This document shows, one piece after another, positions 10,077-18,471 of a stretch of 64,000 bases of DNA. The notes beneath the pieces were generated by a model. It worked only from the letters and a program-made list of their open reading frames with translations. It was not told the DNA's origin and searched no databases. Origin of the DNA: Planctomycetia bacterium (GTDB lineage: Bacteria; Planctomycetota; Planctomycetia; Pirellulales; UBA1268); the NCBI GenBank assembly GCA_026401075.1, contig JAPLNQ010000237.1, positions 28,790-92,789 on the forward strand, read 5' to 3'. The number at the start of each line of letters is the position of its first letter. The stretch's first letter is position 1. A program made the translations under genes and the position numbers.

Positions 10077-10850
10077 TTATCCGACACTTCTCGTGCGCTC
10101 CGATGGTGCCGATCCGGCGACTTGAATCGCGATGGGAAAGCCCGACTGAATGTGCGATTGGGGAAACTCGAAGGCGTCGACGACGTGCTCCACGAGCGCC
10201 GCTCGGGCATCCTGCAGCCGCACCCGGCGTTGCACGTCGGCCTCCACCGATCCCATCGTATGCGTTCCGGCCCCGGCGGCGACAGGCACGCTTTTGATCC
10301 GGCGGTGAAGCTCGAGCGGGGGCTGAATGTTCAAAAACCCGCCGTGCCAGGCCACCCCCCGCCGCACGGCAACGCCGACGGCCGCCAGCAGCCCGGTCCG
10401 GCCGAAGATCCCGTGCATCCGGGAATCACGGGCCGCGCCACACCGCAGGCTGCGGATAGCCCCCTCGAGCCCGGACTCCAGCCGCTCCAGATAGGGACCC
10501 ACGGCGTGGCGACCGAGCCCCAGATCTGCCAGCGACGCAAACAGGCTGATACCAATCTGGCCGGGGCCATGCAGCACCGCTCCGCCACCGCGACCGACGA
10601 ATCGTACCTCCAGTCCGCGCGACCGCAGGTCATCATCGGTGAGGGCGATGTCGGCACGGGACCCGAGCCTCCCAATCGTGATCGACGGCGCGAGATCATA
10701 GAGCACGAGCGTCGGCGGTCGGCCATGCGGCTCCGACACCTCCCACGCAAGCCGCTCGGCCATCGCTCCGTAGGCCTCGAGGCCGATGGTGCCGGCCAGC
10801 CAGACGGCAACGCCCGAACGCGACGAACAGTCTGCACGACGTGCATTCAT
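10077..10850 (-). CDS. lipB: LipB-like octanoyltransferase family protein (BPL/LplA/LipB fold), catalytic Lys/Cys not evident
   Basis: ORF 10077..10976(-), start at ATG 10850 (MNARRADC). Family blocks RGGGAVLHGPGQIGISLF and AAVGVAVRRGVAWHGGFLNI. In a by-eye alignment to E. coli LipB, the EKKI lysine position reads GLLA and the PCG cysteine position reads PVA. Confidence 0.6.
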   Translation of the reverse strand: MNARRADCSSRSGVAVWLAGTIGLEAYGAMAERLAWEVSEPHGRPPTLVLYDLAPSITIGRLGSRADIALTDDDLRSRGLEVRFVGRGGGAVLHGPGQIGISLFASLADLGLGRHAVGPYLERLESGLEGAIRSLRCGAARDSRMHGIFGRTGLLAAVGVAVRRGVAWHGGFLNIQPPLELHRRIKSVPVAAGAGTHTMGSVEADVQRRVRLQDARAALVEHVVDAFEFPQSHIQSGFPIAIQVAGSAPSERTRSVG

Positions 10851-10863
10851 GATCGCGGTCGCC

Positions 10864-13800
10864 TCACTTCGCCAACGCCGCGTGCAGGGCATCCCACGGC
10901 AGCGGTGCCCACGGCAGGGCTTCCGGCAGGCGGATCGGCGCCGGGCCGTTGGCAGCCCGCGGTGTGAGACCGGCATCGGCCAGTTCGATCGCCCGGTCGA
11001 CGGCCGTCGTCAGACGGTCCAGCCAGGCCGGCACCTCCACGCCCGAGCCACCAGCCACGCCCAAAAATTTCTCGGCACAGGCCTCGAGCCTGCCGCCGGC
11101 TCCCACGGGGCTTCCCGTGAACAGTTCCTGCACGGCCGGATCCACCAAAGCCTCGAGTTCATCCTGCTCCAGCGGCATCGTGAACGGCCGCCGCACCCGA
11201 TCTGACACGCTCGCCAGCCGCACGCCCCAGTGCGTCTCCAGCCGCGCAAGCCGCTCCACCAAGTTCTCGGCCGTCGTGCCGGTCTCATCCCGCATGCGAC
11301 CCCGCCAGGCTTCGGCCGCCTCAACCGCAGCCCGCCGTGCCAGCACCCGGTGTGCCATGTTCACCGGCCGCAGCGTCCACGCGATGCGTTCGTGCTCCGC
11401 CTTGATTCGCAGGAAGTCGAGCAGCACGTGCAGGCATTCACCGCGATCCGATTGCGTGGTCGTGGAGTTCCAGTCGCGGTATTCCGAATGGTTTTCCGCC
11501 ACGCTCTCGAGCACCAGCCGCAGCCGCGACGCAGCCTGTTTGATCGGCAGGGCACCGCTGGCAAGATCCTCGAGCAGCCGCGTGGGACGCCGCTGCGGCG
11601 CTGGGGAGTCGGGCAGTTCGATGTCGTCCGGCTCGCCCGCCGCACGGTCCACGAGATGCTCGAGAAAATTCCGCACGCCACCGCGGAGGATGCCACGCAG
11701 CGACGGCGGCGAGAGCAGTTGCTGCGTGAAGAGGCCCGCGCCATAGCGTTCGACGAACGCCCGGATCGCGGCAAATGACTCGTCGTCACGGACCCGCTCC
11801 AGCACCGAGAGCCGTAGCTGCCGGGCATGCGCCGTCCAGGTGTCGAGCAGGCGGGGCACGAGCATCGACAGGCCGTCGAGAATCCGCTGCGTGGCCACAG
11901 CAGGCTCCGGCTTCGCGCTGCCAGCCTCCGCCACCGTCGCGGTCTCCACGATCCGCTCCACGAGCGCCTTGGTCCCGGCCTCGAACACGCGGTCGAACTC
12001 GCTCACGCTGGCCGCGCCCCTCGGCCGCCGGCTCTCGAGCGCCTTGGCAAGGTGCACCATCTCGGCCGTCTCCGCCACGAGCCCCAGCCGCGGCAGACAG
12101 GCCGCCAGCCGCGTCAGCAGCCGCTCCCTGCTCCGCGCCAGCACGATCCGCTTGGGATCACCACCACGCGCCAGCGGCACATAGAGCACCATCGTGCCGA
12201 CGAGCCTGCTCCGCACGAGGGCCAGCTGATCCCGCGTCGCTTCCGCCTCGCCCGCGAACATCGCCGCAAACAGCCTGCCAATCGATGCCTTGCCCGTGCG
12301 GCGTCGCGGCGACGGCGGCTGACCTCCACTCCGCATCCCGGCCCCATGCAGCCGCGCCGACAATATCCAGAGCGTCTCGCTCGCCTGCAACGCCGCCTCG
12401 ATCATCTGCTCGGCGGCGGCATCACGGTGCCACCGCAGCTTGTCGAACTCGGTGGGCGACATCCCCGGAGGCGGCGTGGCATCGCGACCGGCCACCGTGG
12501 CGGCCGCGCGGATCAGCGTCCGTCGCAGCCGCCGCACCGCATGCCGCCAGCCGGAAACGGCATCGATTTCAGCCTGCGACGGGCTCGTGCCCGCCGCCGC
12601 ATCGCTCGTACACCACGCCACCACCGCATCCGCGAGCAGCCGAAATACGCCCATCATGAATTCGGCCGCACTCTCCACTGCCGCCACGCCCGCCAGCGTC
12701 GAGCCGCCGCCGCCTTCCATGTCGAGCATGCCACCATCGACGCCGTCGTCAGTGGAGTCGCGCCAGACCATCGACTCGTAGGCCGACGCCACACGTTCCT
12801 CGCCGCTGTCATCGTCATCCGTCTGTTCGTCGGCGAAGTCGTCATGGAGACCGTCGGGACCGTCGGCCTCCCGCGCCGGCCGCCTGCCATCCCCCGGTTC
12901 GCGACCGGTCGCGGCCGCCTCGATCACGTCGGCCACGCCGCTGGTGTTGGCCTCGATCAGCTCGATAAACCGGCGGACGCGGAGCCTGGCCGTCTCTGAT
13001 CGGTCGGCGCAGGCACGTGTCATCCACCGCACGGCCTCCCCCATCCAGACGACGCCGGAGCGGTCGATCGCCGAACCCTCCAGTAACGACGCCCAGTGAA
13101 TGAGCAAACCCATCGCGCCGTCGAGATCCCCCTCGCGGAGCAGGCAATCGGTGGCCTGCGCATGCGTCTCGGGCGACGAGAACGACGCCACTTCCTCCCG
13201 CCAGAAGCCAGGCGGCGGCGGCAGGGGTGCGGTCTCACGGCGGCGCGTGAGCGCCGCGATCACCTCCCGTGCAGAGTCGTAGACCTCGCGGCCGGAGAGA
13301 TGCGGCACGCCCGACACCGTCGTCGTCGCGAACCGATCCCACCAGCCACCGAGGTGTTCGCCGGCGTCCGCTGCCCGCGCCGCCGCAGCCGGCGGTCCGT
13401 CGAGTGCGGCCTGTCGCCACACGGCGGCATACCCGTCGAGGATCGATTCCGTGATCCCGACGAGATCATCCACGCGTGGATCGGTCAGGCTTTCGCCTCC
13501 GGGTTCGTGGAGGGGAAACTGTCCGCCCAGGCCGAGGATGTTCCACGGATCGACCAACGCGCCACAGGCCACCGCCCGCATGAGCAACGTGGTGGCGGCA
13601 TCGAGCTGATCGAGTGCGGCGGTACTTTCTTGCGCGCAGATGCGCTCATCGGCGCCTGCCGCCTGCCGCAATGACTGCTGCGCCGCCACGACGCGGCTGG
13701 TGATTCTGGCCGCCATACGGGCCGACGCGGCGGGCACCATGCCGGCCATCCGTTCCGCGCCGTCCGCCCGTCCCAGTCGCGCGAGCACGGCCGCCAGTGC

Positions 13801-15042
13801 CACGCTCTCCACCTGGCGCGCCCGCCGGCTGGCGAGCAGGCTGTTGATGTGCCGCCGCACGCCACCGAAGGGCTGACGCAGACGGCTGGTCTCCTCGTCC
13901 AAAACCTGCCGATGATCCGCCGGCAACTGCGTCATCAGCCAGCGGTAGAACTCGTCGCGGTAACCGGCGATCCGCGGGAGCAGGTCGGCCAGCGGCAGAC
14001 TCGCGGAGGTCGCTCCCGGTCCGTGACCGGACAGACCCGAGGCCATCAGGATCACGCCCGCCAACACGGCCGCCGACTCGCGCCGCAGCTGCGCCTGCCG
14101 CTCAGGCCCGAGATCGGCAGGCGACTCGACCGCCGCCTCGGCCCACGACAGGATGCCGTCGAGGGTGGCCTGCTGCACCACCATGCGCCGGTAGCAGCCC
14201 TGGCCATCGATGCGGGCGGGGTCCCACAGGCCGAAGAGATAGTTGGGCCGACTCGCTGCGGGATGCAGAAAATCAAACGCGCGCGGATCAAATGCCAGCT
14301 CCTCCAGCATGGCGAGCTCAAAGTCGGCCTGTCGCAGGAGCGGTTCCGGCGCCTGTTCAAGGATCGCCATCGCATCCTCCACGAGCCGGCGGTAACGGCC
14401 GTGCGCGGCACCCGCTCCGCGGATGAACAGCGGCACAGGCCGGACTCGCTCGTGTGGATAGGGCTCCGAGAGCTGGCCGTTTTCAAGCACGGCCACCGGC
14501 CGCCAGCCGACGTAGTCGTTGAGCCGGCCGATCGCCTGCCGCACGATGGCGTCGAGATCGGCACCAGCCACGTCGCTGGCCAGATCGCTAGCTAGGATGG
14601 CCATCGCCGCCGCCATCAGGAAGAAGGGCCGTTCGAAGCCGCCAGCTGGCTGATGTTCCAGAAGATCGCCGTGGAAGGCACGGTAGGCCGGCAGCAGTCG
14701 GGAGAAGAGCAGGTCGAGCACCGCCCTGGCCTGCGTGGCGTCCCGAAATGCGGCCTCGGTTACCGCAAGCGCCTCCAACCGCTCGGCGAGAAGGACGGCC
14801 ACGCGGGTCGCGGCATCGGGCCGCTCCACGATCGGGCCGGCGGCGGTCGCGGAGTGCTCGGGGGGCGACTCGACAGCCTCAAAAACGGCATTCATCGCCC
14901 GCCAGACGGTCGGATCGAAGGCCCCGGACGAGAAGTTCAGATACCCCAACACAACGGCCGCGGGATCACTCGGTCGGGTCCGCTTGGGATCGACCTGCGG
15001 GGTGTGTCTGGAATCGGTGGGGGAGTCCTGCCGCATCGGCAA
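10864..15042 (-). CDS. hypothetical 1392-aa protein, apparently all-helical, no recognisable domain
   Basis: A single uninterrupted ORF with high third-position GC. It ends 13 nt before the LipB-like start. It contains an acidic linker (DDFADEQTDDDDSGEE) in the middle. I recognise no catalytic motif. Confidence 0.7.
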   Translation of the reverse strand: MPMRQDSPTDSRHTPQVDPKRTRPSDPAAVVLGYLNFSSGAFDPTVWRAMNAVFEAVESPPEHSATAAGPIVERPDAATRVAVLLAERLEALAVTEAAFRDATQARAVLDLLFSRLLPAYRAFHGDLLEHQPAGGFERPFFLMAAAMAILASDLASDVAGADLDAIVRQAIGRLNDYVGWRPVAVLENGQLSEPYPHERVRPVPLFIRGAGAAHGRYRRLVEDAMAILEQAPEPLLRQADFELAMLEELAFDPRAFDFLHPAASRPNYLFGLWDPARIDGQGCYRRMVVQQATLDGILSWAEAAVESPADLGPERQAQLRRESAAVLAGVILMASGLSGHGPGATSASLPLADLLPRIAGYRDEFYRWLMTQLPADHRQVLDEETSRLRQPFGGVRRHINSLLASRRARQVESVALAAVLARLGRADGAERMAGMVPAASARMAARITSRVVAAQQSLRQAAGADERICAQESTAALDQLDAATTLLMRAVACGALVDPWNILGLGGQFPLHEPGGESLTDPRVDDLVGITESILDGYAAVWRQAALDGPPAAAARAADAGEHLGGWWDRFATTTVSGVPHLSGREVYDSAREVIAALTRRRETAPLPPPPGFWREEVASFSSPETHAQATDCLLREGDLDGAMGLLIHWASLLEGSAIDRSGVVWMGEAVRWMTRACADRSETARLRVRRFIELIEANTSGVADVIEAAATGREPGDGRRPAREADGPDGLHDDFADEQTDDDDSGEERVASAYESMVWRDSTDDGVDGGMLDMEGGGGSTLAGVAAVESAAEFMMGVFRLLADAVVAWCTSDAAAGTSPSQAEIDAVSGWRHAVRRLRRTLIRAAATVAGRDATPPPGMSPTEFDKLRWHRDAAAEQMIEAALQASETLWILSARLHGAGMRSGGQPPSPRRRTGKASIGRLFAAMFAGEAEATRDQLALVRSRLVGTMVLYVPLARGGDPKRIVLARSRERLLTRLAACLPRLGLVAETAEMVHLAKALESRRPRGAASVSEFDRVFEAGTKALVERIVETATVAEAGSAKPEPAVATQRILDGLSMLVPRLLDTWTAHARQLRLSVLERVRDDESFAAIRAFVERYGAGLFTQQLLSPPSLRGILRGGVRNFLEHLVDRAAGEPDDIELPDSPAPQRRPTRLLEDLASGALPIKQAASRLRLVLESVAENHSEYRDWNSTTTQSDRGECLHVLLDFLRIKAEHERIAWTLRPVNMAHRVLARRAAVEAAEAWRGRMRDETGTTAENLVERLARLETHWGVRLASVSDRVRRPFTMPLEQDELEALVDPAVQELFTGSPVGAGGRLEACAEKFLGVAGGSGVEVPAWLDRLTTAVDRAIELADAGLTPRAANGPAPIRLPEALPWAPLPWDALHAALAK

Positions 15043-15214
15043 TCGTGCCTCGTTGTTTCACGCTCGTCCGGGGACGGCACGGGCCTCGGGGATCGCGCCG
15101 GCAGGCCTGCAGTTTAGCAGTTTCGCCGACCATGATTTCGTGGGCTAAGCTTGAATGGCGGGAATCCGGCCCCGCCGCTTCCGATGCCCAGTCCTTGAGA
15201 ATCAGGCCTCTGAT

Positions 15215-16597
15215 ATGATCGCCAGGATTCACACTCGAGCCCATTTGAGCCTTCTTCTGCTGCTGGCGGTCGCTTCCGCGGCCGTCGCCCCCACCCAGGC
15301 CGTCGGGCAGTCCTGCCTTGCCGGCACGGCCGCCGACGAATTCACCGCCGACGCGGCAGGACTGACGCGCGAGTGGATCCTGCAGCTGCCCTACGTGGCG
15401 AGTGGCTATAGCCTGGATCAGGTGGTGGTGGGAGACGGGCTGGTCGTGGCCCAGACCTCTGATGGAACCGTCCACGCCGTGCAGGCCGCCCCCTGGGGTG
15501 AGGGCTCCCCGGCGGCAGGTGCTCCGAGGCCCGGGTCGTTGCTCTGGTCACAGCGGGTCGGCACCGGCGGTGGCCCGATCACGCGGGCCGGCATCGGCAC
15601 CGATCTCGTCGTTGTTCCCCATGACCGCATCATCACCGGCCTGGAACGGTCGACTGGCCATCTCCGCTGGGAAGAGCCATTCGGTCAGATCGTGTCGGGC
15701 GGCGCAACCGTGATCGGCAACTGGGCCTACGTGCCCAGCTCGCCAGGGACCGTCAATCGCGTCGCCGTGAATCCGCTGCGACACTCGGCGGAAACCACGA
15801 CAGCAGACGACAAACGGGCGGCAGCGCCGACTGGCAAGAAGGCCGCCAAGAAGACGAAGGCCAAGCGGCAACGGAAGGAGAGCCTCACGCCCATCGCCAT
15901 CCAGTCCGGCGGCAATAACCACGTCGAAATCGCGCCGATCCAACTGACGACCGGCGTGCTCTGGTGCACATCGGACGGGTTGCTAGTCACCCTTCAGCCC
16001 AGCGAACTGGACTGGCGGCGGCTCGAATTCTCGCTGGAAAATCCACCGGCGGGTTCTCCCGTGGTGCGGGACCGCAGTATTTTCGCCGCCACGACGGCGG
16101 GCGACCTGGCGCGGGTCGACCTTCCCGTCAGCAACAAGAAGGAGCTGCAGCTGACATGGCACACGGTGCTGCCAGGCCCCGCCTTCTCCGGGCCGTTTCT
16201 CTCCGGCGACACGGTCGTCGTCTCGCTCGGCGATCTGGGGATCGCCGCCTATTCCGCCGAGACGGGCGTCGAACGCTGGCAGACCTGCCTGACCGGCAAA
16301 ATCCTTGCCGTCGGCGGCGGCCGGGTGTGGCTCATCGATGAACTGGGGAAGCTTTCCGCCTTCGACCTTGCCGATGGCGCCCCCCGCGAGCGGCTCTGCC
16401 TTGGACCGTTCACCCTGCCGGTGGTCAACATCCACTCCGACCGGCTGCTGCTGGCATCTTCGTCGGGCATGCTCGTGAGCCTGGCGCCACGGGCGACAGG
16501 CACGCCCACCCCCGCCGAGGCGGCCGACCCAGCCGCTACCGCGCCCGTTGCACCGGCACGCGGGACTTCGGGTCCTGCCGCCACGCCTCGACCATGA
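15215..16597 (+). CDS. secreted PQQ-like (BamB-type) beta-propeller repeat protein
   Basis: ORF 15155..16597(+), start at in-frame ATG 15215 giving signal peptide MIARIHTRAHLSLLLLLAVASAAVAPTQA. Repeated xxD/ExxTGxxxW blades (LERSTGHLRWEE, SAETGVERWQT, FDLADGAPRERL). Confidence 0.7.
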   Translation: MIARIHTRAHLSLLLLLAVASAAVAPTQAVGQSCLAGTAADEFTADAAGLTREWILQLPYVASGYSLDQVVVGDGLVVAQTSDGTVHAVQAAPWGEGSPAAGAPRPGSLLWSQRVGTGGGPITRAGIGTDLVVVPHDRIITGLERSTGHLRWEEPFGQIVSGGATVIGNWAYVPSSPGTVNRVAVNPLRHSAETTTADDKRAAAPTGKKAAKKTKAKRQRKESLTPIAIQSGGNNHVEIAPIQLTTGVLWCTSDGLLVTLQPSELDWRRLEFSLENPPAGSPVVRDRSIFAATTAGDLARVDLPVSNKKELQLTWHTVLPGPAFSGPFLSGDTVVVSLGDLGIAAYSAETGVERWQTCLTGKILAVGGGRVWLIDELGKLSAFDLADGAPRERLCLGPFTLPVVNIHSDRLLLASSSGMLVSLAPRATGTPTPAEAADPAATAPVAPARGTSGPAATPRP

Positions 16598-17321
16598 GCG
16601 CGTAGAGGTCGCGGTCGTACCGGTGGAGCCGGTGCGGATCCTGGAAGAAACACTCGCTCGCCACCGCAAAAAATTCCCCGGGCCCCTCGGCGGCGTAGTC
16701 GTCGAACGCGACGAACCGCCCCTCGTCGAGCGCCTCCGCGAATCGCTCCCGGCAGTCGAGAATTCCCCGCGTCCACTCGCGCCTCGCGGTTGCCGATGCC
16801 AGCGGCGGAACGCCGTCGATCTCGCCGTCGAGCAGGTCGATGGCGTGGGCACACTCGTGGATCACCACGCTTCGCGGTCCGTCGCGAAGCCGGCCGCCCT
16901 CGACCACCCGTGGCCAGGAGAGCACCATGCTGCCACCGTTCCAGGTCTCACCCAGACGAGGTTCCTTCCACAGCAACTCACCGCCACCCTCCAGCGGCGT
17001 CGACCGCTTCCCAAAATAGTCGCCCGGATAGACGAGCACCGACTGCAGGTGGTCGAAGAACTCGTCGGGTAGACCCAGCACGATCAGGCCGGCCTGGCCG
17101 GCGATCGACACGCGGACCTCGTCGTCGATCTCCATGCCGCGACAGCCCTCGAACCGCTTCTCGGCGACGAAGACAGCGATCCACGCCTGCAGCCGTTCCC
17201 GCTCGTCATCGGCGAGCCACTGCATCTGCCGCAGGTTTCGCCTGAGGATGTCGCTCCAGACCGGCGGCCACGGCCTCGCCCGGATCGAGCGGCGTCGTCG
17301 GGACCGGAGCCAGCCAAACAT
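16536..17321 (-). CDS. MtfA-like zinc metallopeptidase (M90 family)
   Basis: HExxH as VVIHECAHAI, downstream EFFAVASECFF, about 260 aa. This pattern is typical of MtfA/DUF980 peptidases. Its 3' end overlaps the convergent PQQ gene by 62 nt. Confidence 0.65.
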   Translation of the reverse strand: MFGWLRSRRRRSIRARPWPPVWSDILRRNLRQMQWLADDERERLQAWIAVFVAEKRFEGCRGMEIDDEVRVSIAGQAGLIVLGLPDEFFDHLQSVLVYPGDYFGKRSTPLEGGGELLWKEPRLGETWNGGSMVLSWPRVVEGGRLRDGPRSVVIHECAHAIDLLDGEIDGVPPLASATARREWTRGILDCRERFAEALDEGRFVAFDDYAAEGPGEFFAVASECFFQDPHRLHRYDRDLYALMVEAWRQDPKSRVPVQRAR

Positions 17322-17344
17322 AGAGACACCCGTGGCGTCCGATG

Positions 17345-17497
17345 CTATGGCTTCAAGGGCAGCGGCATCCGCCGGAAAAACAGGTCCAATGCCAGGATCA
17401 GACAGCCGCTCGACACGGCGATGAACGACAACAGCAGCATCGCCGTGTAGACGGTCATCGGCGGACGCGGAGCACTGGGGTTGGAATCGTCGGCCAT
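17345..17497 (-). CDS. small (50 aa) single-pass membrane protein
   Basis: Own translation: MADDSNPSAPRPPMTVYTAMLLLSFIAVSSGCLILALDLFFRRMPLPLKP*. It is below the size cut-off of the ORF track. It is wedged between the coiled-coil gene and the MtfA-like gene on the same strand. Confidence 0.4.
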   Translation of the reverse strand: MADDSNPSAPRPPMTVYTAMLLLSFIAVSSGCLILALDLFFRRMPLPLKP

Positions 17498-17543
17498 GGT
17501 ATTCAGGATGCTTCGGAGTCTGGCGGCAGTCTCGGACGCGGGA

Positions 17544-18371
17544 TTACGCTTTCAGTCGCGTGGTGACCTTGTCACCCCGCTGGACGATGCCCCGCGAGTA
17601 TTCTCTGACGAGCACGGCGATTGCCCGATCGGGCTTCACGCTCTTCACGATCGCCCGGCCAAGATACTCGTCGTTGCGATAGACCTCGATCTGGTGGCCG
17701 GTCTGAAGGCCGTCGTCGAAGCCCAACGACACCTCGATGGCGTCGTCCGCCACGGCCACGACGACGCCGTTCATCGTCGGCACGCGGTCCTTCGGCAGGC
17801 TGTCGAGCGACAGTCCGTTTTGCTTCAGGAGCAGGCGGGCCTGGGCGACCTGCTTTTCCAGCTGTGCCTTCCGCTCGTTGGCGATCTCGAGGAACGACTC
17901 CTTTTCGTGCAACTGGCCGGCGATCTCCGCCGCTCGGGTCACCTGCGAGTCGACCTTCTGCTGCTTGTCTCGCACCTCGGCCTGGAGCTTCGTGACTTCC
18001 TCCCGAGCCCGGGTGAGGTCAGCCTCGACGGTAGCCAGATCGGCGATCTTCTTCTGCATCTCCGTCAGTTTGTCATCGCGGGCGTCTTTGAGGGTCTTGA
18101 GCTCTTTGTCTTTCTCGATGAGCGCCTGCTGGAACTTGGCGACCACTTGGTCGCGGGCCGCCTCCGACGTGGCGACGTTCGCCGTCAGCCGCGTGATCTC
18201 CTGATTGAGACTGGTCTCCTCGGTCTTGAGCTTGTCCAGGTCTTCCTGCTTCTTCTTGGCAACTTCCTGCCAGTTGACGTGCGACGAATAGATCGCGACG
18301 GCAAAGCTCATGAGCATCAGGCTCATGACGAAGACACCAAACACGAAAATCTTGCCGAGGACGTTTTTCAT
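17544..18371 (-). CDS. membrane-anchored coiled-coil protein with C-terminal small beta domain
   Basis: N-terminal TM helix (IFVFGVFVMSLMLMSFAVAIY). A long K/E/Q-rich heptad region of about 150 aa. The C-terminus GVVVAVADDAIEVSLGFDDGLQTGHQIEVYR resembles a small barrel. Local GC is lower than in the neighbours. Confidence 0.7.
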   Translation of the reverse strand: MKNVLGKIFVFGVFVMSLMLMSFAVAIYSSHVNWQEVAKKKQEDLDKLKTEETSLNQEITRLTANVATSEAARDQVVAKFQQALIEKDKELKTLKDARDDKLTEMQKKIADLATVEADLTRAREEVTKLQAEVRDKQQKVDSQVTRAAEIAGQLHEKESFLEIANERKAQLEKQVAQARLLLKQNGLSLDSLPKDRVPTMNGVVVAVADDAIEVSLGFDDGLQTGHQIEVYRNDEYLGRAIVKSVKPDRAIAVLVREYSRGIVQRGDKVTTRLKA

Positions 18372-18471
18372 GGTCGAACCACAGCGCTCGCGGAATGGCG
18401 ACGTTTCAACAGGCGGTATGGAACCGCTTCCCGCCCGCTCCCATCAGCCTACGCGTTGATCGGCAGGCGGG

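Noticed and set aside
9483-10967. Long ORFs antisense to real genes (for example 9483..10967+, 73..1053+, 17481..18599+, 18745..20685+, 26137..27684-, 33510..34706+, 39044..40417-, 41258..42298+, 60085..61992+)
   Set aside because: These are shadow ORFs, as expected in very GC-rich DNA. Their translations are Arg/Pro/Gly/His-rich with no motifs, and each is fully covered by a well-supported gene on the other strand.
16536-16597. 62-nt convergent overlap of the PQQ-propeller and MtfA-like genes as a regulatory antisense arrangement
   Set aside because: The overlap involves the low-complexity Pro/Ala/Thr tail of the propeller ORF. The true stop could be functionally irrelevant, and there is no further evidence.
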